Source: Elusimicrobia bacterium HGW-Elusimicrobia-1 | Lineage (GTDB): Bacteria > Elusimicrobiota > Endomicrobiia > PHAN01 | Assembly: GCA_002841695.1 (NCBI GenBank) | Contig: PHAN01000002.1 | Coordinates: 90,807-154,806 of the forward strand | Reading direction: 5' to 3' | DNA: 64,000 bases | Part shown: piece by piece, positions 18,019-26,338 of the stretch | How the letters are laid out: the number at the start of each line of letters is the position of its first letter | How positions within the stretch are numbered: position 1 is the first letter of the stretch | The notes under the pieces: generated by a model | Told to the model about the DNA's origin: nothing | What the model saw: the letters and a program-made list of their open reading frames with translations, nothing else | Database searches by the model: none | Translations under genes and position numbers: made by a program

Positions 18019-19296
18019 ATGAACTTTATCGGATACGTCTACCCTCACATCGGTTACTTCCTGTCGGCGGCTTTTCTGTGGTCACTGACGATGACAGCCG
18101 CCAAACCCCGGGCGATTGCGGCGGCTGTCTCGACCGCAGCGGTTCTGATATGGGTGTTTCCGATACTGTGGCCGACAATCGGGATGGAGTCGCGCGCGAT
18201 CGTCGGGCCGCTTACATTTTTTGCGATATCGGCGATATTCGCCTCGGATTTCTATAAATCACTCGGCCGCGCGGCGAGGGGTTGCGCCGCGAAAATAGAT
18301 GAGATGGGATGCCGGCTCGCCGTCGAAAAAGAGCGACTCGCCGCCGCGACTGCCGGGGCTATTAAGCTTCAGCGAGATCTCGACAAAACGACCGCCGACT
18401 TCGTCGCGGCTAAAGAAACGCTCTCGCAAATGAATAAAGAGGAACTCTGCGAAAATATAACCCGCCTCGTTTCATCGGTCGAGGGAGTGTCGGGCGTCCG
18501 TGTTTTCGACCACAAGGGATCGTGCCTTTCCGCCTTTCCTCGCCTTCCGTCGGAAAGCCACTCGGCCGACGTGCGTGTCTTTTTTGAGAACGGTCCAATG
18601 CCGTCGAACGGAAATTATTTTTTCGGCGCGATATCGGACGGGAACAGGCGGCTCGGCGCGATATTGGCGGAGTTTGTGTCGGCCCCTGCGAGCGACCGCC
18701 TTAGCGCCGTTGAAAATCTATTTTCCGTATTTGCTCTCGGCTATCGCCGCGCGGCGCTCTTTGAAGAGTACGAATCGAAATCGCGCCACGACGCGCTCAC
18801 CGGACTTTTTAACCGGCGTTATTTTTTTCGGAAACTCGACATCGAGATTAAGCGAGCGCACAGATACGGAAGCGGTTTCGCTCTGCTTATGCTCGACGCG
18901 GATAACTTCAAAAAAGTCAACGACACTTACGGACATCCGGCCGGCGATGCGGTGCTCGTCAAAATATCGTCCGTGCTTGCGGCGTTTGAATATCCGGGCG
19001 CTTTCGTCGGAAGGTACGGCGGCGAGGAGTTTGTCGTCTGCCTGCCTTACTGCGATTCCTCAACGGCGCTCGAACAAGCCGAACGCGTGCGACGTTCGAT
19101 AGAGGCCGCGGATTTTTCGGATAATCTTCGGGGAATGATACAATTCCACGTAACGGCGAGCGTCGGCGCGGCCGTATATCCGGATTCAGGCGTTACGGGA
19201 GCGGCTCTATGCGCCGCCGCCGATAATGCTCTCTACGCGGCTAAAGAAAGCGGCAGAAACCGCTCGGTACTCTCAAGTCGCCCGTCCGCGCCATAA
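18019..19296 (+). CDS. Membrane-anchored GGDEF diguanylate cyclase
   Basis: LTGLFNRRYF...MLDADNFKKVNDTYGHPAGDAVL...RYGGEEFVVCLP; N-terminal TM segments. Confidence 0.85.
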   Translation: MNFIGYVYPHIGYFLSAAFLWSLTMTAAKPRAIAAAVSTAAVLIWVFPILWPTIGMESRAIVGPLTFFAISAIFASDFYKSLGRAARGCAAKIDEMGCRLAVEKERLAAATAGAIKLQRDLDKTTADFVAAKETLSQMNKEELCENITRLVSSVEGVSGVRVFDHKGSCLSAFPRLPSESHSADVRVFFENGPMPSNGNYFFGAISDGNRRLGAILAEFVSAPASDRLSAVENLFSVFALGYRRAALFEEYESKSRHDALTGLFNRRYFFRKLDIEIKRAHRYGSGFALLMLDADNFKKVNDTYGHPAGDAVLVKISSVLAAFEYPGAFVGRYGGEEFVVCLPYCDSSTALEQAERVRRSIEAADFSDNLRGMIQFHVTASVGAAVYPDSGVTGAALCAAADNALYAAKESGRNRSVLSSRPSAP

Positions 19297-19325
19297 GCGG
19301 CAAGAATGACTTAACGGAGGAAATT

Positions 19326-20267
19326 ATGCTGGAAAAACTCGTTTCAAGGATGACCCCGAAATGGCGCGACACGACGGTGGCTCTCGTTTTTCTTTCGCCG
19401 TTTCTGGCCGTTTACGCCGTTTTTCTCGTCTATCCGATTTTTTACTCGATGTATCTGAGTTTCAGGACGGTGAGCGTCGATACCGACATGTTCAACGTTT
19501 TTTCAGATATGAGATTTACCGGCCTGAAAAACTATATTGAACTTGCGAAAGATTATCACTTCTGGTGGTCGCTCGCCGTAACTTTTTACTACGCTATCCT
19601 CTATATACCGCTTCTGATTTTCTCCTCGCTCGTTCTGGCAGTGCTTCTTAACAATCATCTCAAAGGGCACTCGTTTTTCCGCAGCGCCTATTTCATGCCG
19701 AATGTCCTGGATATGTTTGTCGTCGGAACCATATGGATGTTCCTCTACGCCCCGCAGGGAGGCGTCATCTCGCAGATTATGAACGCTCTCGGCATAGATT
19801 TTTTTTCGCGCGAGGGAATACTCGGCAGCCCCCGCACCGCAATGCTCGGAGTCGTCGTGGCTTTGGTTCTCAAAAACACCGGTTTCGGAATGATTCTTTT
19901 TCTTGCGGCGATACAAAACATATCACGCTCGGTCTACGAAGCCGCCGACATCGACGGAGCCAGTAACTGGCAGAAGTTCACGAAAATCACGATACCTCTC
20001 GTGAGACCCATAATCCTTTTTATGGTTGTGACGGGTATGATAGGAGCGCTCAACTCCTTCACCGAAATTTACGCGATGACTTCCGGCAAGCCCAACGTCG
20101 TCGTTTTCGGTAAGACGATGGAGGCGACGCGCGTGGCGGGATATTATCTTTTCCGTCAGTGGGACAGGATGAATTACGGTTACGCCGCCGCCATGAGCTA
20201 CGCCCTTCTTTTTATTACGCTGGCGGTCTCTTACGTCAACGCGAAGATTCTTAAGTCGTCGCATTAG
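19326..20267 (+). CDS. ABC sugar transporter permease (MalF/UgpA-like)
   Basis: SD ACGGAGG; multi-TM; EAA-loop-type motif YEAADIDGASNWQKFTKITIPLVRP. Confidence 0.85.
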   Translation: MLEKLVSRMTPKWRDTTVALVFLSPFLAVYAVFLVYPIFYSMYLSFRTVSVDTDMFNVFSDMRFTGLKNYIELAKDYHFWWSLAVTFYYAILYIPLLIFSSLVLAVLLNNHLKGHSFFRSAYFMPNVLDMFVVGTIWMFLYAPQGGVISQIMNALGIDFFSREGILGSPRTAMLGVVVALVLKNTGFGMILFLAAIQNISRSVYEAADIDGASNWQKFTKITIPLVRPIILFMVVTGMIGALNSFTEIYAMTSGKPNVVVFGKTMEATRVAGYYLFRQWDRMNYGYAAAMSYALLFITLAVSYVNAKILKSSH

Positions 20268-20274
20268 AAAAAGG

Positions 20275-20332
20275 ATGTAGCGGTGGGATTGCCATCCCAC
20301 AAATTCGGCGAATAGCAATTCGCCCGCTACAT
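20275..20332. repeat. Palindromic intergenic element P6 (TGTAGCGG...CCGCTACA enclosing two hairpins)
   Basis: gatgtagcggtgggattgccatcccac...ggcgaatagcaattcgcccgctacat; related copies at 21196-21253 and 39231-39288. Confidence 0.7.
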
Positions 20333-20352
20333 TATTTCAACGGAGGAAAAAA

Positions 20353-21195
20353 ATGACATTGATAACAAAAACGCCGGAACTGGCAAAAAAAACATTTCTC
20401 TACGTCGCGCTGGCCGTAGGCGCGGTCTTCGTGCTTTTCCCGTTTTTCTGGATGATACTCGTTGCGCTGAAACCCGACGAACAGGTTTTCGCGCTGAATT
20501 TTATCCTGCAAAAACCGCTTCTTAAAAATTTCGTCGACATCTGGACGAATCCCTCGTATCCTTTCGGAAGATTCTTCGTCAACAGTTTGATAGTGGCGAC
20601 GAGCGGCGGTTTTTTCACGGCGCTGTTCTGCTCGCTGGGCGGTTACGTTTTCGCGAAGAAAGATTTTTATTTCAAAGAGCAGATATTCTGGATTCTTCTG
20701 GCTACGATGATGATACCGGGGATGATGTTTTTGGTGCCGCAGTTCGCCATCGTCACGAAACTCGGGTGGATAAACACCTACTCGGGAATGGTTGTTCCGC
20801 ATCTGGCCAATGTCTTCGGGATATTCCTGATGAGGCAGTACATGGAGACGATTCCGACGAGCATCATAGAATCCGCCAAGATAGACGGCGCGGGCGAATG
20901 GCAGATATTCTGGCGGCTGATAGTGCCGCTTTCCATGACAATAATAACGATGGTTTTTCTTTTGAGCTTTCTTTTTCACTGGTCGAACTTTCTCTGGCAT
21001 CTCGTCGTAAACACGCCCGAGTCGGACAAACTTACTCTGCCCATAGGCCTCGCGCTTTTTAAGGGGCAGTACACCTCCGACTGGGCAAAGATGATGGCGG
21101 CGTCGTGTTTCAGTATAATCCCGATAGCGTTGATATTCGTTGTCGCCCAGAAGTTTTTTATCGAGGGACTGACGTCGGGAGCCGTAAAAGAGTAA
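20353..21195 (+). CDS. ABC sugar transporter permease (MalG/UgpE-like)
   Basis: SD ACGGAGG; multi-TM; EAA motif IESAKIDGAGEWQIFWRLIVPLS. Confidence 0.85.
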   Translation: MTLITKTPELAKKTFLYVALAVGAVFVLFPFFWMILVALKPDEQVFALNFILQKPLLKNFVDIWTNPSYPFGRFFVNSLIVATSGGFFTALFCSLGGYVFAKKDFYFKEQIFWILLATMMIPGMMFLVPQFAIVTKLGWINTYSGMVVPHLANVFGIFLMRQYMETIPTSIIESAKIDGAGEWQIFWRLIVPLSMTIITMVFLLSFLFHWSNFLWHLVVNTPESDKLTLPIGLALFKGQYTSDWAKMMAASCFSIIPIALIFVVAQKFFIEGLTSGAVKE

Positions 21196-21253
21196 ATGTA
21201 GCGCGAGGATTTATCCTCGCTAATAAAAAAGCGAACTTAAAAGTTCGCGCTAC
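21196..21253. repeat. Palindromic intergenic element P6-related
   Basis: atgtagcgcgaggatttatcctcgc...gcgaacttaaaagttcgcgctaca. Confidence 0.6.
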
Positions 21254-21277
21254 AAATCGTAAAAGACCGGAGGGAAA

Positions 21278-22627
21278 ATGAAAAAAATAAGATTAATGCG
21301 ACCGTTAGGGCGAATAGCAATCCCTCGTTTCACTCGGGACAAGTTTCGCCTGCTACTTGTTTCCTTACTTTTTGCTGTCTTTGTCGGTGGTTGCGTCCGG
21401 AAGGCAAAAGAGCCGATTGCCGATGGCGTCAAATTTCTCACCATCTGGCAGACGTACAATAACGAGGAACACGATGTGTTTCTCAAGGTCGTCTCCGAAT
21501 ACGAAAAGAATAATCAGGGCGTGAAGATAAAAGTTCAGCGCATACCGTGGGATCAGCACGTCACGAAAATAAAAGTAGCGATGATAACGCATACGGTGCC
21601 CGACATCGCGCGGGTTGACCCTGCTTTCCTGCCGCGGCTCGTGAGGTCGCGCTCGGTCATCGACTTGAGTGATTACGGCGCGGACAGAATCATCGGAGAT
21701 CTCGTACCCGCTGCGGCGCAGGCGAACGTCTTCCCCGAGTCGTTCTTCGTCCACGGCTCGACGTCGTCGCGCAAAAGGATATTCGGCCTTCCCGATCAGA
21801 CGACCGGCGTGGCGCTTTTTTATAACAAAAAACTCTTCGCCGATGCCGGGTTCGCGCGCGGGCCTGCGACGTGGGAAGAATTCGTCAAATACGCCAAAGC
21901 CCTCACGCGCGACCTCGACGGCGACGGTCGCGCCGACCAGTTCGGCTTTGCGGCGGACCTTTCGCTGTGGTTCACATTTCCGTTTTTTAACACATACGGT
22001 GTGAAATTCATCAGCGACGACGGAAAAACCTGTCTGCTGGACTCTTTGGCGGCGCGCGAGGCGCTTCAACTTAAAGTGGATCTCTACGCCAGGCACAAGG
22101 TCGAGGCGGGCGCCTGGCAGGCGGGCGCGATAAGCCCCGACACCGGATTCATTAACCGCAAATACGCGATGATATTTACCGGCCCGTGGAACCTCAAAAG
22201 ATTCAAGGACGCGGGCATTCCGTTCGGCGTTTCGCTGATACCGCGCGGACCCGCCGGTTCGTCGACAAACGTCGGCGGATCGAGTATGGTGGTATTCAGA
22301 ACATCCCGCCATCCCGACGAAGCGTATAAGTTTCTCATGTATCTTGTCTCGCCGGCGACGCAGAAAAAGTGGGCGGAGGCGCTGAGTCAGATTCCCGTCA
22401 ATATCAAGGCATATCCGATGGTGAACGTTTCCGCGCTGCCGGAACTGAAAATATTCATGGAGCAGATGAAGACGGCCGTGCCGCGCCCGAAGGTTCTCGA
22501 CTATGACGAACTCGAAAGCATAATGAATGCCGAGATGTACACCGCGCTTTCGGGACAGAAAACCGTCGAGCGGTCGCTCAAGGACGCCGTCGAGGAAATC
22601 AACAAGAGGGTGTTGAATCTGGAATAA
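21278..22627 (+). CDS. Extracellular solute-binding lipoprotein of sugar ABC transporter (family 1, MalE-like)
   Basis: SD CCGGAGGG; lipobox-like LLFAVFVGGC; 449 aa, typical size and composition of SBP_bac_1. Confidence 0.75.
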   Translation: MKKIRLMRPLGRIAIPRFTRDKFRLLLVSLLFAVFVGGCVRKAKEPIADGVKFLTIWQTYNNEEHDVFLKVVSEYEKNNQGVKIKVQRIPWDQHVTKIKVAMITHTVPDIARVDPAFLPRLVRSRSVIDLSDYGADRIIGDLVPAAAQANVFPESFFVHGSTSSRKRIFGLPDQTTGVALFYNKKLFADAGFARGPATWEEFVKYAKALTRDLDGDGRADQFGFAADLSLWFTFPFFNTYGVKFISDDGKTCLLDSLAAREALQLKVDLYARHKVEAGAWQAGAISPDTGFINRKYAMIFTGPWNLKRFKDAGIPFGVSLIPRGPAGSSTNVGGSSMVVFRTSRHPDEAYKFLMYLVSPATQKKWAEALSQIPVNIKAYPMVNVSALPELKIFMEQMKTAVPRPKVLDYDELESIMNAEMYTALSGQKTVERSLKDAVEEINKRVLNLE

Positions 22628-22628
22628 G

Positions 22629-22772
22629 TTAGGGTCTAGGGTTTAGTAAAATGAATAAAAATATAGAAAAGACAGGGTTTAGAAAGGCAGGGTTTAGGGT
22701 TCAGGGTTTAGGGGTTAGGATTTTTGTTTTAATTTTTTTCTATACCCTAACCCCTAAACCCCATGCCCTGCT
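22629..22772. repeat. Leader palindrome P3 (second copy), overlapping start of 22651..23760
   Basis: gttagggtctagggtttagtaaaATG...cagggtttagggttcagggtttaggggttagg...ctataccctaacccctaaaccccatgccctg. Confidence 0.75.
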
Positions 22773-23760
22773 TTTCTCCGCGCCGCGTCACACCATTACC
22801 GTCGACGGCGATTTATCCGAGTGGGCGTCCGACGAAACAAGAGTCGCCGATTCCGCCGACTCCGTATGGGACCCGGGCGCCGGCAAAAACGAGATAAAAA
22901 ATCTCCGCGTCACGTGGGATGCCGAGGCGCTTTACGTGGGCGTCGAGGGAATGGCGACGGACAAAGGTATCCTGTTATATCTCGACAGCGGGCGCGGAGC
23001 GGGTTATTCCGATTTGCGCGAAATAAAAACGTGGAACCGCCGCGTGAGCTTCGAAAACTTTGCGCCCGATTTCTTCTACGGCGCGTGGGACGGCTCCGAC
23101 GGCAATTTTTACAGGTTGAGTTCTTCGTGGAGCGCCGAGAACGTAAGTTCAAAGTGTTCGCTGAAAAACTCTAAAACTTCGGCCGCGGCGGGGTGGGAGA
23201 TGAAGATTCCTTTCGACCTTCTTTATTCGCGCGGGAACGCCGTCGATACCGGGGCGCGCATAAAGATATTCGCCTCCCTTGCCACCGGCGACATAGGTTC
23301 GGCCGCGTCCGGAGATTACGGCTATCTCGGCGGTGACTGCGCGCCGGACAACGAATTGACCGGACTCGGCGACGCCCTGATATCAAATTACGCGCAAGTC
23401 GTCGTCGATTCCGACGGCGACGGCCTGCCCGACGACGCTTTTGCGCGCGCTGCGCTTTCCTTCAGAGAGGTGTCTCTTTCGGAGGTTAAGTTTGCGCCCG
23501 CGCTTCACTCCTTGACGATTTTGCGCGTCGAGGTCACAAAAGAATCTTCGGTCTCGGCGGAAATCTACGGCCTCGACGGAAAAAAAATCAGGACGCTTTC
23601 GGCACAGACCTCCGCCCAAAATTTTGTCCTGAGTTTTTCGTGGGACGGCCGGGACGATTCGGGCGCCGATGTCGCCGGCGGCGTTTACATAATCAATCTG
23701 CGCGCGTCTTCGCTCGACGAAAGCGCGCGTCTTAATAAGGCCGTCGTTGTCATAAGGTGA
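22651..23760 (+). CDS. Secreted protein with CBM9/DOMON-like N-terminal domain and C-terminal FlgD-Ig/T9SS-like domain
   Basis: N-terminal HTITVDGDLSEW...LRVTWDAEALYVGVEG (homologous to 13306 and 40565 N-termini); C-terminus SAEIYGLDGKKIRTL...WDGRDDSGADVAGGVYIINL...VVVIR. Confidence 0.7.
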   Translation: MNKNIEKTGFRKAGFRVQGLGVRIFVLIFFYTLTPKPHALLFSAPRHTITVDGDLSEWASDETRVADSADSVWDPGAGKNEIKNLRVTWDAEALYVGVEGMATDKGILLYLDSGRGAGYSDLREIKTWNRRVSFENFAPDFFYGAWDGSDGNFYRLSSSWSAENVSSKCSLKNSKTSAAAGWEMKIPFDLLYSRGNAVDTGARIKIFASLATGDIGSAASGDYGYLGGDCAPDNELTGLGDALISNYAQVVVDSDGDGLPDDAFARAALSFREVSLSEVKFAPALHSLTILRVEVTKESSVSAEIYGLDGKKIRTLSAQTSAQNFVLSFSWDGRDDSGADVAGGVYIINLRASSLDESARLNKAVVVIR

Positions 23761-23784
23761 TTAAAGGCAGAGGACAGAAACCAG

Positions 23785-23870
23785 AAGGCAGAGATTAAGA
23801 GATTGGGAAATTAGGGAACTACTTTTTAGCGCAATAATCCTCTAATCTCACAATCACCTAATCTCATCTT
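23785..23870. repeat. Hairpin with 7-nt periodic arms (gattaag/agattgg family)
   Basis: gagattaagagattgggaaattaggg ... cctctaatctcacaatcacctaatctc; related arm at 28797-28825. Confidence 0.6.
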
Positions 23871-23876
23871 TTCCGC

Positions 23877-24752
23877 TTGCCGAACTGTGAACTTTTAACT
23901 ATGGACTTTTTCTCTCTTTTCTCGTCGGTGCAGAAATTCCCTGTCTTTGTCTGTGCCGCAATATTCCTCGTTTTATGCCCGACGGACGCGCTGGCCGCTT
24001 TCATCCGTTTCCCGTCCTCAGCGAGGGTGTTGTCGCTGGGCGGCGCCTCGGCGGCGCTTGCCGACGACGCATCGGCCGTGCGCTCCAATCCCGCGGGGAT
24101 GGTTCAATCGGATGGAATCGCTCTCGCCTGCGGCTACGCCGATATCTATGCCGCCGATGGATTGTACCGCGCCGAGACGGCTGCGGTTTATGCGCGCGGC
24201 GCCTCGGCGTGGGGCATCTCGTGGGAGAAACTCGGACTTCAGGGGACTTATGACGAGGACGTCGCGGCTATCGCCTTCGCAAGGCAAATCTCCGACAGTA
24301 CGAGCGTCGGGGCGGCGGTTTCTTCTTACAAAAGTGAAGTCAAGAATTTTACGACGCCGTTTTATAAAGGCCCACGCTCGGCCGCGGGCTTCGCCCTCGG
24401 CGTTTTATGGCAGATTTCCGACGACATACTTGCCGCCGCCGTCGCCGACAACATCAACGAACCGCAGCTTGCCGACGGCGAAAAACTAGCTCAATCGGCG
24501 CGGCTGGGCTTAAGATACCATCCATTTGCGAGCGGTCTTGTAACAGCGGAACACGAAACGGCCGGCAATGTTTTGCGCTGCGGATTTGAGGTCGTCATCG
24601 GCGGAATGCTGCCGGTGCGCGTCGGCGTCGAGCGTGGCCGCCCGACCTTCGGATTCGGCATAGAAACAGGTTTTATCTCGATTGATTTCGCCCTGCTTTC
24701 CGACCATAATCTGGGTCAACTCTACCAGACGGGTGTCAGGATGAAATTATGA
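23877..24752 (+). CDS. Beta-barrel outer-membrane protein, PorV/PorQ- or PorP/SprF-like (start may be ATG 23901)
   Basis: Motif SLGGASAALADDASAVRSNPAGMV near N-terminus, same family signature as 12258..13250. Confidence 0.6.
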   Translation: MPNCELLTMDFFSLFSSVQKFPVFVCAAIFLVLCPTDALAAFIRFPSSARVLSLGGASAALADDASAVRSNPAGMVQSDGIALACGYADIYAADGLYRAETAAVYARGASAWGISWEKLGLQGTYDEDVAAIAFARQISDSTSVGAAVSSYKSEVKNFTTPFYKGPRSAAGFALGVLWQISDDILAAAVADNINEPQLADGEKLAQSARLGLRYHPFASGLVTAEHETAGNVLRCGFEVVIGGMLPVRVGVERGRPTFGFGIETGFISIDFALLSDHNLGQLYQTGVRMKL

Positions 24753-26314
24753 AAAAACCGCTTGCGCGCCTCATTCTGGCGGTTATGGCGCTCGGCTTTG
24801 TCGATGCCGCGGCTTGGGCTTCGTCTGTCGGAATCGGCGGTTATTACGAAACCGAATTTTCTTGGCGTAAGGAATCGGATTTCGAATGGAATCTCGCCTC
24901 GCCAAAGCATTACCTGCAGACAAAGTTTTGGGCGAATCCGCGACAAGGTGTGGAAGTATATTCGCAGTTTTCGGCGCGCACGAACGAAAGTTGGAACGAA
25001 AAATATTTTTTCGAACTTGAGCGCGGGTGGGGAAAATGGCGGTTTGGTTCGGGCGAGACATTTTTTCTGCTTAAAGAAGAAAGACACTGGATCGACTCGC
25101 CGCTCTTACGAATATCCGAACAATCGAAGGCCTCATACTTCAACGACGGCTCCGGCGCGCGGATCAACTTTTTCGGCGCGGGGACACCCTTGAGGGCAAG
25201 CGTTGTTTTAACAAAGTCCCTGCCTAAAGCGCGGCAGGAGTGGTACGGCTCTTATTTTGACGAAAACGCGCATAATTTCGTCGCACGCCTTGGCGCGGAT
25301 TTCAGGACACCTATCGAGGCGCTCGACAGAATATCCGTCGGAGGATCTTATCTGAATTCGGCGCTGATACAGCAAAAGTACGATTCCGCCGGCAATTTTC
25401 TCAATGAGCACGCGATGATAAACGACGTCATTTCGCTCGACGCCAAACTTTCGGTTTTCGACGCGACATTGACGGGCGAATGGTCGGGTTCCCAAAAAAA
25501 AGGATCGGCGAACGACCCGCTTCCGTCGGAAAATCAGACGGCGTTCGCCGCCGAGTTGCGCGACTTAAACTTAAGGCCGCTGCGCCTGCAAACGCGTTTC
25601 TACGACTATGGGCCGGGCTATCGTTCGGAGCTGTCGCGCGCCTTCGGGCGGCTCTCCCGCGACGGAAACGACGCCGACAAAGAGTTCGGCCGCCGGGGAT
25701 ATTACTTTGAAACCGGCTATCTGTGGCCGAAAAAAATGATAACCTTCACGTACAAACGAAAATATAGAATGTCTGACTTCGATTACCTGACCAACAATCA
25801 GAATATCCGCGAGGATTATATTATTTACCGGGCCACAGAGACGTATACCGGTTCCTACGACGCTATCGAATCGCGGATAGATTTCGCCAACGGCATAAAA
25901 AACATCTCCGCCGTCGAGCTTTCCGGCGATAGACAAGGATCGTGGCCGGGGTTTCTCTTTGAAATTTCGGGCGATACGCGCGATGTTTATTCGCGCGTCC
26001 AGTTCAGGGTAAAGGACGCCGGCTCCGAAACGGGTCTTGGCGAAAGACACATCATCGGCGCCGAAGTCAGATACAACCTTTCCGATCATCTGCAGCTTTA
26101 TGCGCGCACGGTCTCGGTGAACGCGGCTAAACGCGGCAGAAACTGGTCGAGCGCTTTCTATCAACTTAGATATTTTATGGGATGGGACATCGAGGGTTAT
26201 GTTGAATACGGCGACGGCTGGCACACCGATTCGCTGTCGCACGACTCCGACATAACCGATTACGATCGCTCGCTCGTCGACGTGGTCAGGATACTTTTCA
26301 AGATTAACTTTTGA
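24749..26314 (+). CDS. Outer-membrane beta-barrel protein (unknown family; candidate glycan channel)
   Basis: ATGA start/stop overlap with upstream gene; signal peptide MKKPLARLILAVMALGFVDAAAWA; C-terminal ...RILFKINF. Confidence 0.55.
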   Translation: MKKPLARLILAVMALGFVDAAAWASSVGIGGYYETEFSWRKESDFEWNLASPKHYLQTKFWANPRQGVEVYSQFSARTNESWNEKYFFELERGWGKWRFGSGETFFLLKEERHWIDSPLLRISEQSKASYFNDGSGARINFFGAGTPLRASVVLTKSLPKARQEWYGSYFDENAHNFVARLGADFRTPIEALDRISVGGSYLNSALIQQKYDSAGNFLNEHAMINDVISLDAKLSVFDATLTGEWSGSQKKGSANDPLPSENQTAFAAELRDLNLRPLRLQTRFYDYGPGYRSELSRAFGRLSRDGNDADKEFGRRGYYFETGYLWPKKMITFTYKRKYRMSDFDYLTNNQNIREDYIIYRATETYTGSYDAIESRIDFANGIKNISAVELSGDRQGSWPGFLFEISGDTRDVYSRVQFRVKDAGSETGLGERHIIGAEVRYNLSDHLQLYARTVSVNAAKRGRNWSSAFYQLRYFMGWDIEGYVEYGDGWHTDSLSHDSDITDYDRSLVDVVRILFKINF

Positions 26315-26338
26315 TTTTGTCGTCGAACGGAGACAAAT

